A DNA stretch of 63,946 nt, the filler included, from Lama guanicoe (taxonomy: Eukaryota), in NCBI GenBank assembly GCA_013239625.1. It is 163 parts of 163 records of this genome, joined end to end, with 100 filler letters (N's around TTAATTAATTAA, not from the genome) between each part and the next. Parts side by side here need not be neighbours in the genome. Positions count along the whole stretch, not along the records: positions 52,631 to 52,924 come from PNXV01053861.1; positions 53,025 to 53,318 come from PNXV01053862.1; positions 53,419 to 53,712 come from PNXV01053863.1; positions 53,813 to 54,106 come from PNXV01053864.1; positions 54,207 to 54,500 come from PNXV01053865.1; positions 54,601 to 54,894 come from PNXV01053866.1; positions 54,995 to 55,288 come from PNXV01053867.1; positions 55,389 to 55,682 come from PNXV01053868.1; 155 more parts are not named here. One strand, given 5' to 3'. Both the position numbers and the translations under genes were made by a program. The stretch's first letter is position 1, and every line of letters starts with the position of its first letter. The notes under the pieces were generated by a model. It had not been told where the DNA came from and ran no database searches. It was given only the letters and a program-made list of their open reading frames with translations. This document shows, one piece after another, positions 52,704-63,946 of the stretch.

Positions 52704-54600
52704 GGCCAGCTCGGCTGGGCTCCGCGGACGGCAGCAGCGGCAGCAGCTGCTTCTGCTCTGGGGTTGTTCTGGCTGCAGACTCCCGCCTCGCTGCGCCTCC
52801 CAGGACGGTCCCGGAGACTATCTCGCCTCAGCCTGACACCTCAGGTCCTCCTCCTCAGCACCGCCCCACGCCCCGCGCGCGACTCTGAGGCGGCGGCAGC
52901 CCGAGCCGCTTCAAGTCGCGGGGCNNNNNNNNNNNNNNNNNNNNNNNNNNNNNNNNNNNNNNNNNNNNTTAATTAATTAANNNNNNNNNNNNNNNNNNNN
53001 NNNNNNNNNNNNNNNNNNNNNNNNTTTTTAAAATGCTGCCAATTAAATATAGCAAGTTAGTAATCATAACATGCATCTTGATTTCAGAAATGATACAATA
53101 TTTAAAAATATGAATCTCAGAAGAATTGAATGCCATGAATTATACCCTCCAAATATATTTTTCTGTGGCTGAGCAAAATCTGTGCCCACAAGATGATGAA
53201 GTTCATTGTACAGAGGACAATCTTATCTATCTGATTAAGGATCTTGATCACTTGCTATGTGACAATCTGGGAAAAGTATGAAATTTATAAACTGTCACAA
53301 GAAAAGCATGGTACTTTANNNNNNNNNNNNNNNNNNNNNNNNNNNNNNNNNNNNNNNNNNNNTTAATTAATTAANNNNNNNNNNNNNNNNNNNNNNNNNN
53401 NNNNNNNNNNNNNNNNNNAATAAACAGCTTTTTATCCACCTAGTAATCTACCTTCCTCAGCCCATACGCAGAGGGTCCCTGACTTACCCATCCTTATGTG
53501 TTAGGGGTGTGGGGAAAGGTGAGTTCAGGGCCTTAGTGAGCCAGCTGTTTTGCTTACCCATGTGTAACACTAACTGCAAAGGTGACCCCTGGGCCCCCGG
53601 CCCCACTCACACCCCGTGTCCGTGAGGAAACAGGCCTTCGACGGAAATGAAGAGACTCTGATGCCCAGGAGTGCCTTCCCTGACAGCTCCTCCCCCTTTG
53701 GAGTGGGAAGCANNNNNNNNNNNNNNNNNNNNNNNNNNNNNNNNNNNNNNNNNNNNTTAATTAATTAANNNNNNNNNNNNNNNNNNNNNNNNNNNNNNNN
53801 NNNNNNNNNNNNGTCTGAAAGTGGTGTTTGTCTCAGAAAGCACTCCCGTTACCGGCCTGGGTTGCCCTGGTTATTCAGTGGTGCCGTCTAACTGGCTAAC
53901 TCATTCTAAGGGTTATTCTTGAAAGTAGCTTTACAGAATTGCTTAGTGGTTAAATACACAACCCCTAGAAAGCTGTTTGTTTCTTACTGATGCTCTGATC
54001 TTCCGTCACTAATCTCCCTCATGAGCAGTTCATCCTGGTGGTACCAGGGGTAGAGAATGTGAGGTCAGCAAGTGAAAACGGGCGTCACTGCCACCCCACA
54101 CTGTGTNNNNNNNNNNNNNNNNNNNNNNNNNNNNNNNNNNNNNNNNNNNNTTAATTAATTAANNNNNNNNNNNNNNNNNNNNNNNNNNNNNNNNNNNNNN
54201 NNNNNNAAAAATTAATTGATATGAAATCAATTCTCAGGTTAGAGAAATTCAGATTTGTAATGAGTTTCTTGAACTACAGAAATTTTAATGGTATAGGTTT
54301 TTCTTGTGTAGCTATCAATATTTAGTCATAAAATCTAAGTGCGAATAAGCCCATCCAAGGTTTGATTAACATTAAAATTTGCCTAAAAGCACTGGCCTTC
54401 CTTCCGTTCTTACCAGTGGCATCATCGTTAGCACGGTGCCTCTTGCAAACTTATTATTTCTATCACCATTGTTAATGACTGACAAAGCACAAGGCCATGC
54501 NNNNNNNNNNNNNNNNNNNNNNNNNNNNNNNNNNNNNNNNNNNNTTAATTAATTAANNNNNNNNNNNNNNNNNNNNNNNNNNNNNNNNNNNNNNNNNNNN

Positions 54601-54894
54601 TCCCCTACCTGCCACTTTGCCTCTAGGGCTGGGAGTTGTGGAGACCTTCAAAGGGTGCTCTGTACAGATCTGCGCCTCAGAGGATCCCCCTCCATCCCAC
54701 TGACCTCTCCATTGGAGAGGGGGAGATTCAGTGAATGAGCACTTTTCCTCCTTTGCCACTCCCTCCCCATGGGACTGGTCCCGCACTGTTTTGCTTTTTC
54801 TTCTTTCTTTTTTTCCTTTTTTCCTACCAGATTCATGGTGTCTTGGTCTTTTGAAGAGGGCAATGTTCTGTCAGAGTTCAGCAGGTGCTCTGGT
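54601..54894 (-). mobile_element. Probable L1 5' UTR fragment
   Basis: ccactttgcctctaggg...gattcatggtgtcttggtcttttgaagag...tctgtcagagttcagcaggtgctct resembles antisense L1 5' ends. Confidence 0.5.
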
Positions 54895-54994
54895 NNNNNN
54901 NNNNNNNNNNNNNNNNNNNNNNNNNNNNNNNNNNNNNNTTAATTAATTAANNNNNNNNNNNNNNNNNNNNNNNNNNNNNNNNNNNNNNNNNNNN

Positions 54995-55288
54995 ACGGCC
55001 AAACACACCCAGAAAGTGACAGAGGTTTTCATGCTGGATAAAAACAAGATTTCATTATTACAGGAGACCCAGTTTAACTATAGTGACGTGTTTAGAAGTA
55101 AATTTATGGGAAATGTAATACCCAAACACTAATCCATAGAGAGCTGAAGTGGTCATTTTAATAAGAAAAAAATGGATTTCAAAGAAAGGAAAATTACAGC
55201 AAATAAAAACAAAATACATAATCATAAAGGGGTCGATTAATTAAGAAGACATAACGACCTTAATTGTGAATGCCCTTACTACAGAGTA
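54995..55288 (+). mobile_element. Degenerate L1 endonuclease-derived contig, copy 1 of a near-identical pair
   Basis: 287 of 294 bases identical to 56176-56469. L1-like caggagacccag, acactaatc, ataaaggggtcgatt. Confidence 0.8.
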
Positions 55289-55782
55289 NNNNNNNNNNNN
55301 NNNNNNNNNNNNNNNNNNNNNNNNNNNNNNNNTTAATTAATTAANNNNNNNNNNNNNNNNNNNNNNNNNNNNNNNNNNNNNNNNNNNNACAGCGTTATCT
55401 GTGGGCTGGGCTGGCTCTCTACTTCCCCTCAGGCCCATGAGCCATTGTGCCCCGCCACTGAGGCACAACTCGGAAGCACCATCTCTTTGGGCTCTTTTTC
55501 CTGCTCTGTCTGAACTGAGCTCATTTACTTAAAATTAGTTGGGAATGAAAAAAGCCCCTAGTTTATCAGCATGCTGTGATTCCCCTCCTGCCATCCCCCT
55601 GCAGCATGATGGATTGCCTGGTGCCGGGACACAGCCCCAGTCAAGGAGTCAGCAAGCTCCACATGGTCCCCAGCACAGACAGNNNNNNNNNNNNNNNNNN
55701 NNNNNNNNNNNNNNNNNNNNNNNNNNTTAATTAATTAANNNNNNNNNNNNNNNNNNNNNNNNNNNNNNNNNNNNNNNNNNNN

Positions 55783-56075
55783 GAAACAATTCTCTGTGTG
55801 TGGTTTAGCATGAGAGACTGCTCCACGCAGCTATCTTCATTCACAGGTGTTCCCTGTTAGGGGGAAGTCCTATCATTACCATCATTAAGCATGGGGATGT
55901 AGTCAATGCCACTGGGCTTTCCAGCACAAACCCTAACTTTCCCTGGCAGCCAGACTTAGGAAAACACTTAGGGGATATGAGCTTAACGATTCCGTTAGAA
56001 CCCACGTGCTGCCGACCCTTGATGGTACCTCCCCGCGCTCAGGATTTCAGAACCATTCTCTGTGAGTGGGGGAGC
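55783..56075 (+). repeat. Satellite family B, 267-bp period
   Basis: gaa.c.attctctgtg at 55783 recurs at 56050. Shares gac.tagg.aaa, gattc..tt.gaaccca.gtgct and cctcccc.c.ctcagga with 51055-51348. Confidence 0.82.
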
Positions 56076-56175
56076 NNNNNNNNNNNNNNNNNNNNNNNNN
56101 NNNNNNNNNNNNNNNNNNNTTAATTAATTAANNNNNNNNNNNNNNNNNNNNNNNNNNNNNNNNNNNNNNNNNNNN

Positions 56176-56469
56176 ACGGCCAAACACACCCAGAAAGTGA
56201 CAGAGGTTTTCATGCTGGATAAAAGCAAGATTTCATTATTACAGGAGACCCAGTTTAACTATAGTGACGTGCTTAGAAGTAAATTTATGGGAAATGTAAT
56301 ACCCAGACACTAATCCACAGAGAGCTGAAGTGGTCATTTTAATAAGAAAAAAACGGATTTCAAAGAAAGGAAAATTACAGCAAATAACAACAAAATACAT
56401 AATCATAAAGGGGTCGATTGATTAAGAAGACATAACGACCTTAATTGTGAATGCCCTTACTACAGAGTA
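56176..56469 (+). mobile_element. Degenerate L1 endonuclease-derived contig, copy 2 of a near-identical pair
   Basis: Same start and end as 54995-55288, with 7 substitutions. Confidence 0.8.
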
Positions 56470-58145
56470 NNNNNNNNNNNNNNNNNNNNNNNNNNNNNNN
56501 NNNNNNNNNNNNNTTAATTAATTAANNNNNNNNNNNNNNNNNNNNNNNNNNNNNNNNNNNNNNNNNNNNATTCTTCCCACCTTGCCTTTGGATGATGTGC
56601 TTCACTACTTTATCACACTATCACTCATTCATTAGATTGAAGAGCAATCCTCATCTAGTTTGATAAAAGGGAACATTCTAGAAACAGAGTCAAACATGCC
56701 ACTTCAATTATATATGTGTTGGTAATTCTAGAATAATGATATGCTTGTTTGAATATTAATAACTGAATTTTTAGTTTCTCTCATATTTCACTTCTCTACT
56801 GAAATAATAAGGATAAATAACAACTATTTGCCTCAGTATAAAAGTTATTTTCCTGCATTTAATNNNNNNNNNNNNNNNNNNNNNNNNNNNNNNNNNNNNN
56901 NNNNNNNTTAATTAATTAANNNNNNNNNNNNNNNNNNNNNNNNNNNNNNNNNNNNNNNNNNNNGCTGAAATGTATTTGTACTGGTCAGCACTTCCTCTCT
57001 CCCAGCCTCTAGATCTATTGCTGAACATCACAGCTAGCAATGAAGTCAGCTGTGTCTAGAATAAAAGACTTTCTTTCAAATGTGTCCTTAATTTATCTGA
57101 ATCAGATGCCTCTGCCTGCTGGAATTCTCGACACAGGCTGAAATTGTAATTTGTCCTCTGTCGGGCATCTGATGCAAACAGAAACAAAAACACTAGTCAA
57201 AGAGACAATGAATTAGAGCTTCGTTTGCAATATATAAAACATATATATATATATATANNNNNNNNNNNNNNNNNNNNNNNNNNNNNNNNNNNNNNNNNNN
57301 NTTAATTAATTAANNNNNNNNNNNNNNNNNNNNNNNNNNNNNNNNNNNNNNNNNNNNATAAAAGTTGTTACAGTTTCAAAGACCCTCATTTAGATTGACC
57401 TGAAGCTAGACAGGTGTTTCCTAGTAAAGTAAGAAACAGAGCCCAGCACTGACTCTTTAGACATGACCCAATTCTTGGCTTCTTTTCAATTCTTGATTGA
57501 GCGTCTCTGGAGAACCAGGATTGTGCTCCAGGTGGTGTGAAATCCAGCACCTGTGAATCTTAGCCCCCAGATTATATTGCCCCCCCACCTGTGGACAGAA
57601 GGCATCAGAGGGTCCTGCTGTAAGGACCTGGGGTCACAGAAGCAGAGGGAANNNNNNNNNNNNNNNNNNNNNNNNNNNNNNNNNNNNNNNNNNNNTTAAT
57701 TAATTAANNNNNNNNNNNNNNNNNNNNNNNNNNNNNNNNNNNNNNNNNNNNGACTAATTAGTGACATACAAGCCTAACCCAGTGTCTGAAATTATACCCA
57801 AGGACTCCCATGTTGTTACCATGTGAAGACATTGCTATCAGCTAGACATTTTTGCTGTCAGCAGATACAATTTGTACACATTTTCTTGCTTATTTTTCAG
57901 AAGTTTTGTTGCGTATATAAAGGTTATTTTTAAGAATATTAGATTGTAGTTGAGTATAAGTCAAAAATTATAATGAGTGAATTGACACGCACTGAAAGAC
58001 ATTAAAATGATCTCTTTCAAACCATCAATATAAACACTACACAATNNNNNNNNNNNNNNNNNNNNNNNNNNNNNNNNNNNNNNNNNNNNTTAATTAATTA
58101 ANNNNNNNNNNNNNNNNNNNNNNNNNNNNNNNNNNNNNNNNNNNN

Positions 58146-58439
58146 TTTTTAGATATGTTTCCTCAGGCAAGGGAAACAAAAGTAAATAATAAACAAATGG
58201 GACAACATCAACCTAAACACTTTCGAACAGCAAAAGAAACTATTAACAAAAAGAAAAGACCGCCTACTAAATGGGAAAAAAATTTTTGCAAATGATACAA
58301 CCGACAGGAGGCTAATACCTAAAGAACTCACACAATTCAACACCAAAAAACCTGAACAACTACATTGAAAAAGGGGCAGATTACCTGAGTGGACATTTTT
58401 CCAAAGAAGATATACAGGTGGCCAACAAGCATGTGAAAA
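58146..58439 (+). mobile_element. L1 ORF2 C-terminal fragment
   Basis: ataaacaaatgggacaacatcaacctaaa...gacatttttccaaagaagatatacaggtggccaacaagcatgtgaaaa. Confidence 0.92.
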
Positions 58440-60642
58440 NNNNNNNNNNNNNNNNNNNNNNNNNNNNNNNNNNNNNNNNNNNNTTAATTAATTAANNNNN
58501 NNNNNNNNNNNNNNNNNNNNNNNNNNNNNNNNNNNNNNNAGTGGCCACGTGATGTGGGGTTTTCTGGACACGGGAACTATTTAGATGGAATTTAAATGCT
58601 GTGGAAACCCACCATAAAGGATTTTAAGGGAATGATGTGACCAGATGTGTGTGTTCAAAAGTTCAAGTTCACGAAATAATGACTTAACGTCAGTGTGAGA
58701 AGTGGGAAAGCAGGAGTGGAGAAAAAAGACTGGATGGGCAGAAGGCATGACATGCTTCCCTGTGTTCTGGAAAGAGGGCAGACCACCCTAGTTCACCTGA
58801 TGATAACAGAATAGAAAAGAAGTGGTCTTGGGGNNNNNNNNNNNNNNNNNNNNNNNNNNNNNNNNNNNNNNNNNNNNTTAATTAATTAANNNNNNNNNNN
58901 NNNNNNNNNNNNNNNNNNNNNNNNNNNNNNNNNAAATCTTCAACATTAATCTGCAAAGGCAAATCCGGTCCCCAAGGGAAAAGAAGTTTTAAGACAATGC
59001 TAAGGCCTCCAAAGTCCTCTCCACTACTGTCAACCAAACTGCCTGCAAGTCTGCAAGTGCAGGGAGGCTACATGTCTGCTTCTAAGGCAACCCCTTCCTG
59101 CCCTCAGGCGCTACAATGTCCCTCTATGCCCTCCCATCTCAGAACCTTGCAGGGCAGCACTGACAGGACTGGACACAAAGGATCAGAGCTAAACTAAGCA
59201 TTCTGATGACACGAGCTTGTCACTCTGNNNNNNNNNNNNNNNNNNNNNNNNNNNNNNNNNNNNNNNNNNNNTTAATTAATTAANNNNNNNNNNNNNNNNN
59301 NNNNNNNNNNNNNNNNNNNNNNNNNNNGAACTCTTCTTAAAATGCTACCAGTGGGAAACTTCTGAGGTCTCTGAAGAAATTACATGTCTTCAGAAAGGAT
59401 TTGCATTATTTTTTTCATGAGACATCTTGAAGCATTGCCAGCTTTGGTCCACTTTATTTTTGTTACTCATGATAAAAAATTTCAAACATGCACAAAGTAG
59501 AAAGAACAATATAGCACCCCATGTATCTACTACCCAGCTGTGATGATTGTCAACTCATGGCCAATCTAGTTTCATTGATAAACCTCTATCTACGTCCTGC
59601 TCATATATCATTTTGAGTAAANNNNNNNNNNNNNNNNNNNNNNNNNNNNNNNNNNNNNNNNNNNNTTAATTAATTAANNNNNNNNNNNNNNNNNNNNNNN
59701 NNNNNNNNNNNNNNNNNNNNNGGGGGGGTGTACCAGGAGGGGTACAGTATGAGCAAGGTCCAGAGAGCTGTCCCCATCATCACGAAGGGAAGATTCGGCC
59801 CAAATGAGCATGATGTGGGTGCTGGGTTGGCCCTGAGGCTGGCGGCCTGGAGTTTGGGCGGGTGAGGCTCTCTACACCTGCGTGGATGATGTCCTGGGGT
59901 GAAGACAAGGGAAGCTGGGGAGGAGGGAGGACAGAGAGAGGAAAGGCTGAGGCTTCACCACCGGAAGGCCAAGGTGTGTGGGCCCCAATGTCCGGAGGAG
60001 GGAAAGGGGGTCAGANNNNNNNNNNNNNNNNNNNNNNNNNNNNNNNNNNNNNNNNNNNNTTAATTAATTAANNNNNNNNNNNNNNNNNNNNNNNNNNNNN
60101 NNNNNNNNNNNNNNNGTTGTCTGTCATCATTTCTAGGGCGGGTCCATGAGAAGTAGTTGATACCAACTCAAGATAGGTCTACTCTTGATACTATCACCTT
60201 ATAACCAAATTATATCTCGACATATTTGGTTGCTTACTTTTGCTTTTGCTTAGAATCAAGAAGCCTTAATTTTTTCTTAATTGAAGTATTGTCAGTTACC
60301 ATGTGTCAATTTCTGGTCTGAGCATAATGTCCCAGGCATGCATATGTACATAGAGAGAAAGATACATATATTCATTTTCATATTCTTTTTCATTAAAGGT
60401 TATTACAANNNNNNNNNNNNNNNNNNNNNNNNNNNNNNNNNNNNNNNNNNNNTTAATTAATTAANNNNNNNNNNNNNNNNNNNNNNNNNNNNNNNNNNNN
60501 NNNNNNNNATGTCTCCCTCTGTGCCTCAGTTTCCCCCACAATCACCTGGAGGTGGGGTCTTTCTGCCCCTGCATCCCTGGCCCAGCACAGGGGTCTTGTT
60601 CTGCTGAGCCTCTGTGTACAGCTGACCCACCGGCACCCACAG

Positions 60643-60785
60643 GTCAGAGGAAGCTCATGGAGGAGAACGTGACGCTGTTGGCCCCGAGGCACTGGGAAGA
60701 CATCCCCCGTGTGGGCTGCCACCTGGTGCCTGAACATGTGGAGACGCAACCCTGGCTCAACCCTAACAACCAGGGCATCGAGCAG
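60643..60785 (+). CDS. OTOF: Otoferlin-like exon (143 bp), strongly diverged; possibly a duplicated pseudogene copy
   Basis: cacag|GT...CAG|gtgact encodes (G)[47 protein letters not shown]. It has the ferlin LVPEHVET motif and OTOF-like RHWEDIPR. Confidence 0.8.
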
Positions 60786-60902
60786 GTGACTGGCCTGGCC
60801 AANNNNNNNNNNNNNNNNNNNNNNNNNNNNNNNNNNNNNNNNNNNNTTAATTAATTAANNNNNNNNNNNNNNNNNNNNNNNNNNNNNNNNNNNNNNNNNN
60901 NN

Positions 60903-61150
60903 GATTATCATACTAAGTGAAGTAAGTCAGAGAAAGACAAATATTATATGAGATTAACAGATACAAACTACTGTACATAAAATAGATAAGCAACAAGGCT
61001 TTACTACATAGCACAAGGAACTATATTCACTATCTTGTAATAACTTAAATTGGAAGATAATCTGAAAAATATACATATATAAAACAAAATCACTTTGCTG
61101 TACACTTGAAACTAACACAATATTGTAAATCAACTGTATCTCAGTTAAAA
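60903..61150 (+). mobile_element. L1 3' end with internal deletion
   Basis: atcatactaagtgaagtaagtcagag joined to gattaacagatacaaactac...cacaatattgtaaatcaactgtatctcagttaaaa. Confidence 0.85.
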
Positions 61151-61296
61151 ATGGGATTTTATTTTTCTTGTATCTAAAATTTTACACATCACTAGGNNNN
61201 NNNNNNNNNNNNNNNNNNNNNNNNNNNNNNNNNNNNNNNNTTAATTAATTAANNNNNNNNNNNNNNNNNNNNNNNNNNNNNNNNNNNNNNNNNNNN

Positions 61297-61590
61297 CATG
61301 TCAAAATGGAATAAACCAGTGAGGAATACACCGCGGTGCTTGCTCTAGTGGAATAAACCAGTGGGTTATCTACCACCATGCATGCCCCAGTGGAATAAAC
61401 CAGTGGGGAATACACCACTGTGCATGTCCCAGTGAAATAAACTAGTGGCGGATACACCACGGTGCTTGCTTCAGTGGAAGAATCCAGTGGGGAATACGAC
61501 GCGGTGCTTGCTCCAGTGGAATAAACCAGTGGGGGTCTACCGCACGCTACATGTCCCAGTGTAATAAACCAGTTGGTATACACCGAGGTG
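61297..61590 (+). repeat. 42-bp tandem repeat (about 7 units)
   Basis: ggaataaaccagtg recurs at 61308, 61350 and onward. Unit approximately ggaataaaccagtggggaatacaccgcggtgcttgctccagt. Confidence 0.93.
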
Positions 61591-61844
61591 NNNNNNNNNN
61601 NNNNNNNNNNNNNNNNNNNNNNNNNNNNNNNNNNTTAATTAATTAANNNNNNNNNNNNNNNNNNNNNNNNNNNNNNNNNNNNNNNNNNNNGGGATTTTCT
61701 AGTTCTCTCATTTGTCCTGCAGTCACTAGCTGGCATTGTTTGATAAAGAAAAACTTTTCTTTATTGGTGGACTGCAGCTTATTCTAAAAAGACAAACTGA
61801 ATAATTATTCCCTCTAGGTACCATTTTCAAGATAAAGAGTTTCT

Positions 61845-61912
61845 CTATCTATCTATCATCTAACTATCTATCTATCTATCTACCTATCTACCTATCTATC
61901 TACCTATCTATA
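61845..61912 (+). repeat. (TCTA)n/(CCTA)n tetranucleotide microsatellite
   Basis: tctatctatctatcatctaactatctatctatctatctacctatctacc... Confidence 0.9.
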
Positions 61913-62084
61913 TTACCGTTTTATTTTTCCTGATTCACTGTGGACTAGTGATTTTTTATTCATTCTGTATTTTGCAATCAGTGGNNNNNNNNNNNNNNNN
62001 NNNNNNNNNNNNNNNNNNNNNNNNNNNNTTAATTAATTAANNNNNNNNNNNNNNNNNNNNNNNNNNNNNNNNNNNNNNNNNNNN

Positions 62085-62378
62085 TTGCCCTTGAACTGGT
62101 CTCAGTATTAATGATCTTAAGGGAACAGAATAAGGAGTGACTGATCCCCGGCAAGAGAAGAAAAAACAGCTTATGTAATAAATCAGGTAACAAAGACCCC
62201 AGTTCTGTGCTAATAGTAAAGCACTTTCTTGAGGGTTTTGCAGAACTTCAATTCCCACGAGGCCCTCAACCTTCAGATGACCTGGAACCTAAGGGATGAT
62301 GCTGCTGACATTTAGTGTACGTGGTGACTTCCATCCACTAATGCTTGGGCTCTGTTGACTTTGTCCCAATTCTGTGCT
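62085..62378 (+). mobile_element. Probable ERV LTR fragment
   Basis: aacaaagaccccagttctg...gatgacctggaacctaagggatgatgctgctgac...gactttgtcccaattctgtgct resembles cetartiodactyl LTRs; family not certain. Confidence 0.45.
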
Positions 62379-63266
62379 NNNNNNNNNNNNNNNNNNNNNN
62401 NNNNNNNNNNNNNNNNNNNNNNTTAATTAATTAANNNNNNNNNNNNNNNNNNNNNNNNNNNNNNNNNNNNNNNNNNNNCAAGCACGGGCTGCGGTTTGGC
62501 ATTCCCCGCCCCCACCGCGCCCCAGTGGGCGTCTAGAGGCAGCTGGGCTGCGTGCTGCCCGTGCTGCCCGCCTTGCAGGCGCTGATCAAACCCCAGCGGG
62601 CTGGGCTCTGGTGAAGTAGTCTCTCCAGAGGGCAGGCTTTGTTAGGAGGAACAGAACGCTCTGGCGTGTTTCAAAATGGTTCTTTCTCCCCTCCTCCTGC
62701 CAGAAGCACGAGGAGGTTTTTCTCCCTCACTGTGAGAACCCGGTAGAACTCCAGGAGATTGAAAAAAAAAAANNNNNNNNNNNNNNNNNNNNNNNNNNNN
62801 NNNNNNNNNNNNNNNNTTAATTAATTAANNNNNNNNNNNNNNNNNNNNNNNNNNNNNNNNNNNNNNNNNNNNATTTCCAGCAAATACCGGCCGACTGACA
62901 AGCTCCAGAGATAACCCAAACAGGGTTCGGTGAACCTTTACATCTACAGACCATCACTGTGGCCCCCTCCACAGAGCACGTGGCCCAAGCTGGCCCAAGG
63001 TGGGCGCCCTACTCCGTCTCGCCTTCAGGCCAGACTAAGGTGATAACTCGTTTTCAGGTAGAAAACAGAGGCAGGGGCCCGAGGTGTTCCCTGGGGACTA
63101 GCTCAAGATCACCCTGCGGGAAGGCGGAGCTTTCAGGGCTGGAATTTACGTTTTGTGTGGCCGGGCNNNNNNNNNNNNNNNNNNNNNNNNNNNNNNNNNN
63201 NNNNNNNNNNTTAATTAATTAANNNNNNNNNNNNNNNNNNNNNNNNNNNNNNNNNNNNNNNNNNNN

Positions 63267-63552
63267 TCAGTTCTGAGAGATAAGTGTGTGTGAAAGCCTT
63301 CCTTCACCTATCTTGTTGGGAACACAAAGATTCTTTGCAGTTAGAAATTAAATTACATTCTTATACATGAGGAGTTACATGTTCAAACTCGTTTTTACAG
63401 TGAAAATGGCAGGAACTTCAAACCTGCACTTAGAAAATCATTGAGAAACCAGGGTAAGTGCTTCTCCTGCAACCCGTTCCCTTTGTTCTTGATGAAATAA
63501 AAGCTTTCCACATGCTCAGTTCTGAGAGATAAGTGTGTGTGAAAGCCTTCCT
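63267..63552 (-). repeat. Satellite family A, exact 249-bp period
   Basis: The 37-mer tcagttctgagagataagtgtgtgtgaaagccttcct is identical at 63267 and 63516. Reverse-complement homology to 47907-48197. Confidence 0.92.
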
Positions 63553-63946
63553 NNNNNNNNNNNNNNNNNNNNNNNNNNNNNNNNNNNNNNNNNNNNTTAA
63601 TTAATTAANNNNNNNNNNNNNNNNNNNNNNNNNNNNNNNNNNNNNNNNNNNNGTGTGTGTGTGTGTGTGTGTGTTTCTCTGAGCATCATTTTCCCCATTG
63701 GAAGGCAGGCTGGTGTGTGGCCATCTCTGAGCTAGCTATCCTTGGTCCTTTATGTGCCAGTATTTCAACCACACTCACGCCATAATTGGCCTTGTTATCC
63801 CATCCAGCAAGTTAAGTCACCTCTCCAAAACCAAATCTGGATCTATTTGCCACTTCACCAAAACCCACTGCCTTATTATTTCATGCCCCTGCCTCCACAT
63901 CTCTTTCCCGGCTATAATTTTTTGTTTCTGGTCCTTTCTTCGTGAC

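Noticed and set aside
53190..53240. ATGATGA...CTGA resembling C/D box snoRNA motifs
   Set aside because: The spacing is too short, and there is no terminal stem or recognisable guide sequence.
61245..61583. 112-aa repeat ORF as a mucin-like protein
   Set aside because: The open frame is explained by the 42-bp unit, and there is no start, splice or homology support.

Overview
This window is not contiguous DNA. It is an artificial concatenation of about 163 unrelated short contigs (mostly 292, then 293, then 294 bp, i.e. sorted by length). They are joined by a 100-bp linker, N44-TTAATTAATTAA-N44, which has stops in all six frames and explains the 'X...LIN' ORF ends. No synteny or gene-neighbourhood inference is valid across linkers. 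The source is a mammal, most likely a camelid, judged from tRNA-Ala-derived SINEs and cetartiodactyl-type L1 3' ends. Most contigs are L1, LTR/ERV, DNA-transposon or unique non-coding sequence. Recognisable coding pieces are an OR4-family start, an OR13G1-like fragment, single exons of VIPR2 and DCTN1, the CLIC4 start, and an unusually diverged OTOF-like exon. Two ERV gag fragments have uninterrupted frames: one betaretroviral (JSRV/MPMV-like) and one class III (ERV-S/ERV-L-like). Tandem repeats include two satellite families with measured periods of about 249 bp and 267-268 bp, plus 42-, 19- and 7-bp units. I see no evidence of a new multi-gene system. The best leads are the open gag fragments, the OTOF-like copy and the satellites. 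Comparisons with reference proteins and repeat consensuses are from memory and need confirming by search.
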